The position numbers and the translations under genes are program-made. The notes beneath the pieces were generated by a model that saw only the letters and a list, made by a program, of their open reading frames with translations, did not search any database and was not told the origin of the DNA. DNA of 64,000 nt from Glaucostegus cemiculus (Eukaryota): positions 33,108,001 to 33,172,000 of the forward strand of contig CDPCPM010000056.1 of the NCBI GenBank assembly GCA_976551045.1. Direction: 5' to 3'. Positions within the stretch are counted from its first letter, which is position 1; every line of letters starts with the position of its first letter. Positions 22,826 through 34,908 of the stretch are shown piece after piece.

Positions 22826-25800
22826 TTTCTCAAGGAGTGAACGTTCACCCTTCTAAAATTAAACTCTCAGAGCCAGTGATGTTGACCAGCTGTATATATT
22901 TTATTACATTAGTAACGATGTCTACCCTCAAAAGCACTACCTTTTCAGTGTATCTCTCAAGTAAGCATAGTGAGCATTTGGCCCAAAATGTTTATTTCTC
23001 TGCAGATTCTGTCGTCAAAGACTGCAACAGGAGAGCCTTTGGAGGATCCAATTATTATTGACAGAAACTTCCACATTTTTGTCCTTAACTGAGCAAGTAC
23101 AGGCACCAAAAATTGTTGTTTAATAATACTGTTTTGTGCTACTAGTACTGCAAAATTTAAGGCATACATGAATATATAAGTCATCTTATCAAATACAGTT
23201 AGCCTAATTGTTAATATCTCAGACTGATGGCATATTGAGAAATGTGGGATATTAACCTAAGATCTTCATGAAGTTCTACTGGTAATGTATGGTTTGTCCA
23301 GGATAAAAATGCCTCAATTTTATTTAACACATGGGATAAAAATCCTGATTATTAGAATCATTTACGACTAAGCACAATTTTCACATAGAATTGTAGTTTA
23401 TCGCTTAAATTATCTTTTTTTATTTATTAACCTAATTAAGTAGTCTGAACAAGCTATTGTTTTAAACTGCAGATTTATTTATTTCCCTTTATCATATACA
23501 GTAAATGTGGGTTAAAATAATAATGTGGAAAACTCTCCATTTATCTAAATGGAAGAACTGTGGTTTAGGTGGTCCACTGCATTGGTTGTGTTCTTAATAT
23601 TGTTCCATCTTAAGAGATGAAAAATTATATCAACATCTATGAGAGTACTATATTTTACAAAGTAACGACATCATTAAAGATGGAAGGCATTGTATGTACA
23701 GAGGAAAGAGAGAAAAGAAAGCCCATATAATTAATCAGATATCAGTGGATTAGACCAACTACAACGTAAATAATTATCGTATGTTTCTCATTCATAATGC
23801 ACTTGCAGAATATTGCAGGGAATTTATTCAATGATTTTAGTCTGATACATTGTGGGAAATATTCATATCAAGTAACGAATAGGGTTGCCAATTTGCATCA
23901 GGAGCATGGTAGTGAGCAGCTGCAAGTGGATCTGTGGCACAAAGCTGTATATTCATGTTTCTCAGGGACTTTCTTCTTTTGCTATTCTAACACTTCCAAT
24001 TTTATCTCACCAGTACCCAGTCTACCACTGCATTATGTCAATTGTTTGTCTCTTGCATGTTAGCACAATCCTGCTTGATATTTTCTCCCCTGTTCTTCAA
24101 TCGTGACTAATTTTAGGCTTCCATCTCCTCTGTCAAACTTTTCTCACTTCCCTCTCCAAATCTGCACTGTGGCCTTGTTTATTTTTCTGTTAGATTGCAA
24201 CATAACCTGCCTGTTTCCTTCACCAATATTCACACTAATTAATATGAGACTCATTTTGAAGTTATCTGTCTAGTACATTACAAGAATAAAATTCAGTTGT
24301 CCTTCAGTGGAAAGACCAAATCACAAAAAAAAATTGTACAAAACTTTTAATTTCAAAATTTAAGCTGTGCAGTTGTACAGCAAAATACCTTGTCTATGTG
24401 ATACACTGCAAATTCAAGCATCTAACAACATCTTTTGTCTTAACAAAAGAAGAGCCATTCAATTAAACAAACCCTTTCTTGCCAATATATTCACTATCAA
24501 TTCTACCAAATATATTCCTTGAGGACAAATTTCCCTAAAATTGAGTTGAGATCAAAGTTTGAATTCCTGCCATCTTCTATCAAAGTTTAGCAAGATTGTG
24601 CTTTTATTTTAGATTTTCAGGTGAATAGCCTGTATGCCTGTGTCTCAAAGGTTTTCTTGCACTTCATCATCATTTTAATTAGTTAATACTCAAAAGGGTT
24701 GGGTTCAGCTGTACTAAATCCTGTGATATTTGTATTTGAGAATTTATATGCAAGGATTAATTCTGATTTCATATCTAACACCAGTGTCATTGTTGCTGTC
24801 CCACACCTTTAATGTTAAGTTGATGTGTGTGGAAATAGCCAAAATATAATTGATCCCAGTGATAGGACTGATTTTCCAAGGCAGATTTTGTTGAAGTACA
24901 ATGCAATGGATGTGTGCAATAGCAGACACTCAGGATGATGCATGATTTTTCTGTACTTCATCATTATCATCAACAACTGTTGGAACTGCTGTATTAAGCT
25001 CAGTGAGAAAAGTAATAACATTTCCACTACTTGAGCCTTAAAGGCATCTGCTATATTAGTGGGGAAAGTCAAATAGCAGACACAGAAAATACACAGTATT
25101 CTGCTGAGAGACCACACAAATACATTAGGTTCTACTGAAGGTTAGACAGCCAATGGGTGAATTGTTCCCTGCTGAGTGTTTCTGATGTTGAACACCTCAG
25201 TACCATCCAGTATGTTGCAGTCTGACTGTTTATAATAATACAACTTGTTTTTATCCTGGGTGTGATACTAGCTGCTTTATCACTTTTATGTTGTTTTCTA
25301 AAAACTTCCATGTCATTTAACAATTACATGGTAGCAAATATATTACTTGCTCTTAGAATCTTATTTATTTATATACAAAAACAACCAGCAAAGGTTAAAA
25401 AGTAACATTGGTGGTGTCCTTAGAAAAGTTGAAGTTTAATTATCACATGCATCCAAAGCTGAGTATGATTTCAAAATTAATGATAAGTTGAAGAAGCAAT
25501 TTCAGATTGATGGCTGTCTTCATGGTTTCAGAATCAGAATCCTTGGTAAGCTTTGGTAAGGTTGTTGGGGTGAAGCAGTTGATCATGGTGCTTCATTGTG
25601 ATAGCACCACATGTAAATGATGAGACAGCATATTACAATGCAAGTTGCATAACCTTAATAGTATTTTTCCCAAATGTTTGTTTTCATCAATATATCCCTC
25701 CCCCCACTAAGTTTATACAAATCTCAGTGCAGTTAGAAAGGCCACTTGGTCAAGCCACTTTGACTTACACATTTTGCAGGCAGTTTATCTCACGTTGTTA

Positions 25801-25969
25801 TTGTACAATCTATCAATACTTTTAAGAACACTACTCCTTTAAAATGCCACCCAAAACTGGTGTTTGTCTGTTATCATCTGTCTGTCAGTAATTGTTTGCT
25901 GCATTATCTTTCCTAAACTGAAGAAAGATGTATGTCATTTTTGTTTTTCTTCCTCTCCCCTTTTTGTAG

Positions 25970-26023
25970 AACTAATTGAGCCTACTAGTTTTACTAGTCA
26001 TCCTAGTCCTCCCCTAACCACAG
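25970..26023 (+). CDS. NEGR1: 54-nt phase 1-1 exon encoding a Ser/Thr/Pro-rich juxtamembrane stalk
   Basis: Very strong pyrimidine tract ttttgtttttcttcctctcccctttttgtAG and donor CAG/GTCAGT. Length is divisible by 3 and in frame with both neighbours: (K)LIEPTSFTSHPSPPLTT(V). Confidence 0.8.
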
Positions 26024-29000
26024 GTCAGTATGCCCGCATGCATTTAGCCAGATTCTTTTGATACTTTTATTTTATAAACTGAGAGAAAAGTGGGAAATTT
26101 AATTTGATTTTTGTATTTTACTGGTTTTGGTTTAATATTCCTCAGTTTAATTTTTGAAGAGTGATTTTTTTTCAGGTTCAATCATTTGTTGCATTTAAAA
26201 ACAAGTGGGAAGGAAATTTTAATCCTCAACAGGTTAACGAATTTCTGAAGCTTGCTTATGATCTGTTCCTTTTTCTAATCATCTTCTTTGTCGCCTAATT
26301 AATTCTCACTATTATCTGCAAATTATGCTTTTCATTTGAACACCCACATTCATATTGCACCTTGCTCCTGAATTAGAGATGGTATTATTCCAAAGTACTG
26401 ACTTGCACTTCCAACTAAAGGCTCAATTTGTCCAAAAGCTCTAAGAGACTTAAGTAGCATTAATGTGCTTCAGGAAATTTAAAAGGTGAACCAGCAAATA
26501 TTGTTTCTCAATTAAATATCTAGAAAACATTAAGAGGTGTGATTTTTATACTTTTTTAATATAGCTCCTAGGATATCACAACTAATTGGTTATTTGATAT
26601 GTTGCACAATAAACCCTTTTTAATGTAAAAGTTTTTGAAATTAAGACTAACTGAAGTTCACATTTATTGGCTCAAAAACTAAATGGAATACAAGGTGCAG
26701 TTTCAAGAAGTATACTTTGGGAATATCCTTTGTTTGATCCTTATTCCATTGCCAAGTTAGCAGATATAGCTGGTGTAGAATTCAAAGCACAATTGGTTTC
26801 TATAGCTTATTTTCCCTTCCCTTGTGTTTGAAGTGCTTAGATTTGTTTTTTTGCTTTATTTGAACAGCATCATCTCGACTGATGTATCATCCATCTCTCA
26901 AATTATTAAATGACAGACTTTTACTTCATTATTAGGCACACATACAGCAAATAACTACTTGTGTGTTAAAGGTCACCATCTGTGAAACTATAATTTTGCA
27001 TGAGCCACCACCTTTGAGGGTAACAGGACACATAGAAAATTGGATAGGGACACCAAAAATCATGTTTTTGTTTCATGTTTCAAAAATGGTTATAAATGTC
27101 ATTTGGTGTAATGTACCTATTTCCTTTTGGTTTTCCTTTGGAGTGAACTATGAGAAATTTTGAAGAAACTAATGGGACTGGGTCAGCAATTTAGCATCTC
27201 TACAGAATAATGGGCTTCGTGAGTTGAATGCCATTTCCTTGTTCCATGCATTGTAAGAGGAATTCATCTGTAACAACAAAGGCATATCAATGCATTGTTA
27301 CCTGCAGCACCAGTGTCTGTTCTGGTTGTGGACTTACCACTGAAACTTCAACAGCACAATAAAAAACATGGGATTATTGTAAATTGGTGATTGATGGCTA
27401 GCATGGACTGGGTGGACTGAAGGCCTGTTTCCATGTTGTATCCCTCTCTGACTTCATGTCATCTAGCACTACTAAAGACCCTAAAACACTCTGTTTCAGA
27501 TGGTATGCTAGAGCATGCACAAAAAAAAGTAGAAGTTAGGTGTATCACTGGGACTGTTTCCTAGGATGAGGATGGTCGGAGGGGAGAGAACCCCAGTGGT
27601 CAGGGCTGAAGTAGTGGATCAGTACCTGGAGGGGTTGAAAGCAGTTGTGTTTCAGGACTTGGTAAATTGAGATGTCTATGGTTGGTGCCTGTAGTTGGTG
27701 TTAGCTCAGTGAATGACTGGGGAGAGTGTGGTCAAGAAAGTGTTTGGTGGGGAGTTGGGCTGAGGATTATGAGTCTGGTGGTCTGTTTGGGTGAGGACCA
27801 GAAAATGGGGTTATGAACTCAAAGGGATGTGCATAAATAACTAATTAAAAGGAAGTCACTTACATTAGGTTCCCAGTATAAAGCTGGGACCTCCTTGAGG
27901 ACTTGCATTTTAAGTTGCTAAGATAGCAGCATACTTGAAAGCTTTTGTTCTGAGAATGTCCAATGAATGGCCAACCACCAGAAATAATTTCCCCTATAAT
28001 GGAAATGGAAGAATGTCATTTTGTATGCATGTGATGTGGAAATGTATTATTTTTGAAACAGTAATTCACAACTAGAAGTGGCTGGTTGAATTTCCAGACT
28101 GAAGCAATTTGACCTAGAAATTATTATATTTGCTTTTCACTGAAGGAGAAATCTTCTACACATCTGAATTTCAAGATCTTCCTGTCCTTGAGCATCATAT
28201 TGCACAGTGGAAAGACGCACTTCACTCTAATTTACAAGTACTCACTGCTTTAGCAAACAATATACTGAAAAATTAATAGCTTATTCAAAATAATAAATTA
28301 AGAACTTAAGACTTACCAGCAGTTGAACATGTAATACCTACCTTAAGTGGTTTTGGGATAGTCATCAGGATGTGGATGAAATTTGAAAGCATTTAGACAT
28401 TATCTTATTTGGTAAAATCACACCAATTTTGTTGTGCTGTAGAGAGTCTGATGTCTTCTTGTGTCTCTGAGTGGTGTGTATACTTTAAAATTTACTAAAA
28501 AAAACCAGAAAACTAGTGATGATTAATTTTGTTATGTCTTCCATTGCCCCTTACTTGATTCCAAATGAACTATGCTGTTCTTTGATAATCTCTTATCATG
28601 TGAACAGTTTTAATGTTTGGTCTGATACTTTGAATGACCTTGACAAGTAATTTTAATCTACTCTGGATTACTTCTGGCAAATGAGATGTTAGGAATACAT
28701 AAGTATTTGACAGCTGATGAAAGCTGACAGTCTATAATCCCAAAAATGTAAATGAATTCAAATAGTTCCCTCATGACTGGTGGATCCTAAACTACCTATA
28801 TTACTTTTCCAACATGCATCAAAAAGTCTGTGAAATCCATTCATTCATATTGTCCACCTCGAAGACCTGCCCTGTTGCTTTGTTCCACAAGCTTGTTAGT
28901 CTTTGGGTGAAAATCTTCCTCCTGACTTTCCTTTCTTCTTCCTTTCCAATTTTAAATTGCATTTCCTTATCTCAAACCACATCATTTTTTCTGTATCAAC

Positions 29001-29410
29001 TTTGCTAATTGTCTCAAGGAACAACCTCTGGATATTGTTATTAGAGAGTTTTGATTCATTTATCTACAGACTTATTATATATTCCATTTAATAATGATTT
29101 TATATTGTTCAATCTTTAAATATGTTTTTTGCGCTGTTTTAAAATTAACTCTTCAGTCTGGTAAGAGCATTGTGTCAGAATATTCATGTACCAGTGTAAG
29201 TGGAGCTGTTAAAATATAGTGTAAACTCCATGAAATTTAATTTAGTTCTGCTCTTTGGCTCGGTGAATAACCTACTGAATCTGTTGGGTTAGCATGCTAT
29301 GGTTTGATCATTGGTCTATCCTGGTTCACGTCTGTTCATCCAAGATGGTGTTAAATTTTGTCAATGTGGGTCAAATACCCTGGGTCAAAGACAAATAAGG
29401 TGCAGCCTCC

Positions 29411-30910
29411 ACCTCAGGAGACAGATTTGCCACTGATATCTTCTATAAACCCACTGACTCCCAAAGCTACCTTGACTGTACCTCCTCCCACCCTGCCTCT
29501 TGTAAGGATGCCATCCTTTTTCCTCAATTTGTCTGTCTCTGCCATTTCTGTTCTCAAGATGAGGCCTTCTATTCTATGGCTTTTGAAATGTCTACCTTCT
29601 TCCTGAAATGTGGCTTCCCCATTGCCATAGTTGATGGAGCTCTCACATGCATTTCCTCCATTTCCCACATGTCTGCTCTGACCCCTCCCTCCTCCAACTT
29701 CTCAGAGAGAACAGCAATAGACTTCCCTCGGTCCTCGTGTTTCAGCCCGCCAGCCTCTGCATCCAACACATCATCCTCTGCCACTTCCACCAGCTCCAAC
29801 ACGATCCCACTACCGGTTACATCCTCCCCTTTCCCTCCTTTCTACTTTCCAGGGGACCACTCTCTTTGTGACTCGCTGGTCCACTCATCCCTCCTCACTC
29901 CCCTCACCCCGTCCTCTGGCAGCAGGTGTAACACCTCCACCATCACCACCATCTGGGGACCTACAAAGCTCTTCCAGGTGAGGCACAAATTCACCTGGAC
30001 CTCTTTCAACCTGGGCTACAGCATTCAGTGCTCATTATGTGGCCACCTTGACATCAGTGATTTCTAACTTCAGGTAACACACACACACGCACTCACTCTC
30101 TCCTCCCACACTCACTTACCATCCTAGTTTTAGAAACATAGAAAACTTACAGCACAATTCAGGCCCTTCGGCCCACAAAGCTGTGCCGAACATGTCCCTA
30201 CCTTAGAAATTACTAGGCTTACCTATAGCCCTCTATTTTTCTCAGTTCCATGTACCTATCCAAAAGTCTCTTAAAAGACCTCATCGTATCCACCTCCACC
30301 ACCGTTGCCGGCAGCCCATTCCATGTACTCACCACTCTCTGATTAAAAAAACTTACCCCTGACATCTCCTCTGTTCCTACTCCCCAGCACCTTAAACCTA
30401 TGTCCTCTTGTGGCAACCATTTCAGCCCTAGGAAAAAGCCCCTGACTATCTACACGATCAATGCCTCTCATCATCTTATACACCTCTATCAAGTCACCTC
30501 TCATCCTCCGTCGCTTCAAGGAGAAAAGGCTGAGCTCCCTCAACCTGTTTTCATAAGGCATGCTCCCCAATCTAGGCAGCAACCTTGGAAATCTCCTCTG
30601 CATCCTTTCTATGGCTTCCACATTCTTCCTGTAGTTTCCTTCTCCCTTTGTTCACTTCTCCCATCCCCTTCCCCCCTCCCACCTCATTCCATCTGCCCAT
30701 TATTCCTTTCAGATCTGCTTCCACCTACCACTTACCAGTCTGTGTCCCACCTTCCACCAACCTACTCTCCCGCCCCCTCCGTACTGTTATATACTGGCAA
30801 TCTTTCCTGTTCCCTCTCAGTCCTGATACAGGGTCTTGACCTAAAACATAACTTTTGCCTCCAGAGATGCTGCTTGAACTGCTGAGTTCATCCAGCATTC
30901 TGCTTTTTAT
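29411..30910 (+). mobile_element. Penelope-like element, 5'-truncated, with a CR1 insertion
   Basis: IFYKPTDS and FQVRHKFTWTSFNLGYSIQCSLCG peptides. Terminal motif cagtc-ctgataca-gggtc-tt-gacct-aaaa-cat at 30818-30849. Confidence 0.85.
30131..30632 (-). mobile_element. CR1 (HER1-like) LINE 3' end
   Basis: ORF 30343-30621 LFSLKRRRMRGDLIEVYKMMRGIDRVD; tail tagaaacatagaaaa. Confidence 0.92.
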
Positions 30911-31387
30911 TAAGGTATGGCAGGATTTCCATTCATGTTAATTTTGGAATGAATGCTTCTCTAAGTGCTTCTAAATATATGACTATCAACAGTGATCAAT
31001 ACTGGGCTTGGCCATTATTACAGAATTTGAAAAGCCCATCAGCGTTCACTGCCTAGGCTCATTTATAAGTACTGGTGCGTGAAGTAAGATAGTTACAGGG
31101 GCAGGGTGGAGTGTTTTGTGGATAATTCCAGAGGACTGCCTATATGAAAGTGTTTATTTTATTCCCAGTTAGAATCCTAAAAGTCAGTAATTTTTTTATA
31201 ATGAAGATCTGGAGCTGGTTCATAATCTGTCCTGATTATGGAGCGCCATTTGATTACATCTTTAGTGTCACATTTGAGCCTGACCTGACTGGCAGACTAA
31301 TAGATGCTGTGAAGAAGCAGTACCTTACAAATGACTGTTCTTGACAAGAAAATGTGCAGTAAGGCATGACTTCTCTTATTTTCACAG

Positions 31388-31488
31388 TGCCATCCAAAGA
31401 ACAATATGGAATCCCTGGTGGTGCCGAAGTTATTTTATCCTGGTGGTACCTGGTGATGGCACTATCCTGCCTGGTCAGCACATACTAG
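31388..31488 (+). CDS. NEGR1: Last coding exon, GPI-anchor signal peptide
   Basis: Acceptor ttctcttattttcacAG (31386-31387), phase 1. Reads (V/M)PSKEQYGIPGGAEVILSWWYLVMALSCLVSTY then TAG (31486-31488), matching the human NEGR1 C-terminus as I recall it (PSTAQYGITGSADVLFSCWYLVLTLSS). This frame is missed by the ORF track. Confidence 0.92.
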
Positions 31489-32150
31489 CAGAGGGGAAAC
31501 TTGTCAGCCACAATGAACGTGAGTGGGAAAGCATGAAGAAGTTCAAGAATCACTTCCAAGTGCTGGGAACTGGAATCAATCTGGTACAGTTCATTCACAG
31601 AAAAGTGTGAGAATCAATCAGCAGTACAAACACAGGGATGTGAAACTTTCCTAGAATTACTGATCATGTAAATGTCTAAATTATATTCTTTACAGGTTAT
31701 CATCAAGATCTAACATTGAACTCATTGTCCTCAATCAAGCTTTGTAGGCTGTGGAGTTACTTTTTGAGAACATATATTGTATTATCTTGCATATAAGCTG
31801 CAATGCTTCACAAATTACATTAGCCGTCCCTCCCCTCCCATCAAGGTGCTGGTTACATGCAAGAAAAATATGGCACGCATGAGATATTATATCCTATAAT
31901 TTTATCATAACACTACTGAGCATTCAATGAAAACAGGCCTTGTGTATGTACAGTTCCAAAGTTTTAACAGATTTGTCCAAATATATAAATCAGGAAAATC
32001 CATTTTTGCAACAGAACAGACTGGTAACAAGAGAGAAATTCATTTCAATTAATTATTAGTCATTTTTCTTTAAATTTAACATATTCCATATTTCTTCTAA
32101 AATACCATGCAGTTAAAGAATATTTTAATTCAAGAAAATAAGAAAGAATG

Positions 32151-32499
32151 AGGATGTTGCAGTCGTGCAGTAGTAGCGTGCTGCCACACAGCTCCTATGA
32201 CCTGGGTTCAATCCTGATCTCTGGCACTGTCTGTGTGCATGTCCTCCCTATGACTACATGGGTTTCCTTTGGGTGCTCTGGTTTCCTCCCACATCACAAA
32301 GACAAGTAGGTAGATTAACTTGGTACTGTAAACCGCCCCAAGTGTAGGTGGGGAGAGGGATTTGCTGGGTATGTGAGAGAGAATAGGTTACAGGTAAAGT
32401 AAGTGGGGGAATGGGACTGATGGAAATTCTTGGAGAGCCAGCATTAACTTGATGGGCCAAATGGCCTTCTACATGGGAAGGAAAGTACAGGAAATATGG
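32151..32499 (+). mobile_element. V-SINE
   Basis: B box gggttcaatcc, V domain gggtttcctttgggtgctctggtttcctcccacatcacaaagac and tail gatgggccaaatggccttct. Confidence 0.85.
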
Positions 32500-32601
32500 G
32501 GATAGATCAGTCATCTATCACAATTTACCCCTTCCATTTTTCCCTTTGTGTTGACTTTGTTCAAAGAGTTCTTGTGCTGTCCATTCCCATAGTGATTTTA
32601 G

Positions 32602-32826
32602 AATATTCCATATTTCCTTACAACACGGAAGAAAGCCATTTGACCCATTGAGTCTATGCTAGCTCTCAGAGCCATCCCGTTAATCCCATTCCCCAATTTC
32701 CCTGTAATTTATTCTCCTTCATATGCACATTAACTGCTGCCTGATTCTCCTACCACCTTGGCTAAACTAGGGGTAATTCATGGGGCCAGTTAACCTAGCA
32801 ACCAGCATGTCTTTGGGATGTGGGAT
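32602..32826 (-). mobile_element. V-SINE 3' half, inverted relative to 32151-32499
   Basis: Reverse complement reads cccacatcccaaagacatg...gagagctagcatagactcaatgggtcaaatggctttct...ggaaatatgg. Confidence 0.8.
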
Positions 32827-33090
32827 AGCATAAAAACTAGAAATTGCTGGAAATATAAAAATATAACACATTAGTTTGGAAATAAATTGCAATAGTTAGA
32901 GAAGATTACCTCCATTTGAGAGGAGGTTACTCCATGTGAGACTTGTGACGGAGTCACAACTGATCTCCATATGAGAGTGAGAACTTCCATCAGAGCTAAT
33001 TCTAATCTGATGGAGTATCCCAACCAAAATATCAGCCTTCATTTCTTTTCCAGCTGTTAGTAAACATTTACTATTTTCTTTTCATTGTAG

Positions 33091-33096
33091 AATAAA
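33091..33096 (+). terminator. Candidate polyadenylation signal
   Basis: AATAAA followed by ggctttttttttcattcttgttttg. Alternative AATAAA sites exist at 32881, 35031 and 35664. Confidence 0.35.
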
Positions 33097-34384
33097 TGGC
33101 TTTTTTTTTCATTCTTGTTTTGCATTTGAGACTTACCTCTGTATATATTCCCAGTTTATAATGTAGATGGGCTCATCATGGCTGAATGAATATGTGGCTT
33201 AAGTACCAGTTGTGTGGACTTCTCTGTAACAGCATTTACATTTACAGGTTGTGATTTGTATGAAGTTGCAGCACATAAAAGCATTCATATATGAAAGTTA
33301 ACAAGTATTACTGCCATTTTAAAATTTTAGCACATTCTGAAGCAAGAAAATGTAAAAATCAAAGTTTGCCACTCTATGTAAACAAGAATTCTACCGTTCA
33401 ATTATTTGACCAGGTGATTGCAAGTCCATTTGGAACAAAGTAAAACTATAAATCCCAGCTTCAGGGCTTCAAAGAAAATAATGTGTGCCAAATCCTATAG
33501 CTTTTACACATTCATAACATAACTTAAATAGTAACAGTGCCCTGGATAGAATCTGTTTTCCAATAATGTTTTCTGCACTGAAACAGGCAACATTTTAATT
33601 AACTATTAATTTATTTAAAAAACATGAAACACCAGGAATATCCTTTTTAAAGAACAAAAATAACTAGTAATTACAAATCTGATGATCTGAAAGATCTAGA
33701 TGAATGTGAGTTAGAAAAGCAAAATAGTATTCAATGAGGGAACTCTGGTAAATATTCTCCCATTATCATTTCAGTTTATTAAAGTGGAACCGTCTTTACT
33801 GAAATACTTAAAGCTTGTTTAATTTGGTTCCCTTTGGCATTTGTGGTGAGCCAGTTCACCATGCAGCACCACTTGTTTCCAATGACACCATGAAGAATAT
33901 GTTCTCCATTGCCCAGCTGCTGACCTAAATCCTTACTCCATGATCAGAACTCCTTCAATTTTGCATCTTTATGAATGAACCTTTGGAAAACCTTCATTAC
34001 AGTAATTGTGGAAGTGAAGCCAAATAGCTGTAAAACATTTACAATCGTGGTGACCTCAAGTGTAAGAAGTGATAAATTTAGTCATCTTCTTAATAATTTT
34101 ATCTTTTGCAACAAACCTTTTTCAAGAAGATTATGTTCACTTATTGTATTGAATAACTGTAATGATGGAAATGATAAAAATATTTATAACTGCCATATAA
34201 TAACGGTGTACAGTGGATCAAACACATTTATTGGTTGGAGAAACAAACCTCCAATCATCCCATATATGGCAGCTATTTCAAAATTCAACAATATTCAGAA
34301 TTGCCACTAGAACTTGAAATGTTGGATGTGTGCAGTATTCATATCAGGCCAATGCAAGCTATGAAAGCGATATAACAGTTTTTT

Positions 34385-34908
34385 CCTTTTTTTTGGATGT
34401 GGATGCCACAGGCAAGGCTAGGATTTATTGACGATCCCTAATTCCCCCTGACAATGTGGTGGTGAGCCAGCTTTTAAAGTGTCACAATCCTTCTGGTGCA
34501 GGTACTTCCACAATGTGCTTGTGTCAGTAGTGCCAGTTTTTAAACAGCACCAAAGAGGATCAGTGCTATGTTTCGAACACTGCATGGTGTGTGACTGAGA
34601 GGCAAACTGCTGGTGCAGGTGTTCCCAATCATCTGCTGCATGTGTCCTTCTTGGTGGTAGAGACCAGGGGTTCAGGAGGTGCTATTTGAATATTGCAGTG
34701 CATTTTATACCCAATGTAAACTACAGCCATGGTAGTGCCAATTGTGGAAGGAATTAACATTTAGAGTAGTGAATGGGGTGCTAATCAGATAGGCTATTTT
34801 GTGCTGGAATGATACAGAGCTTTAAGAAAGTGGAGAATATTCTAACACACCCCTGCCGTGTGCCTTGTAGATGCTAGGACCTTTGAGGTGCCAGAAGATG
34901 AGTCACTG
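34385..34908 (-). mobile_element. CR1/L2-clade LINE 3' fragment
   Basis: ggatgtggatgccacaggcaaggctaggatttattgacgatccctaattcccc...gtggtggtgagc, the same family as 17995 and 58770. Confidence 0.7.

Larger units (their letters stand above)
31489..33115 (+). other. NEGR1: Probable proximal 3'UTR (true end uncertain)
   Basis: Follows the stop codon. I saw no AATAAA before 32881; a second AATAAA at 33091-33096 is followed by a U-rich tract. Confidence 0.55.

Noticed and set aside
31486-31536. Stop-codon readthrough (TAG-C) adding QRGNLSATMNVSGKA
   Set aside because: The context TAG CAG AGG does not match known readthrough motifs, and a polar tail would spoil the GPI signal. There is no supporting evidence.
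33975-34310. 111-aa AT-rich ORF
   Set aside because: It has no domain, no splice signals and UTR/intergenic-like composition.
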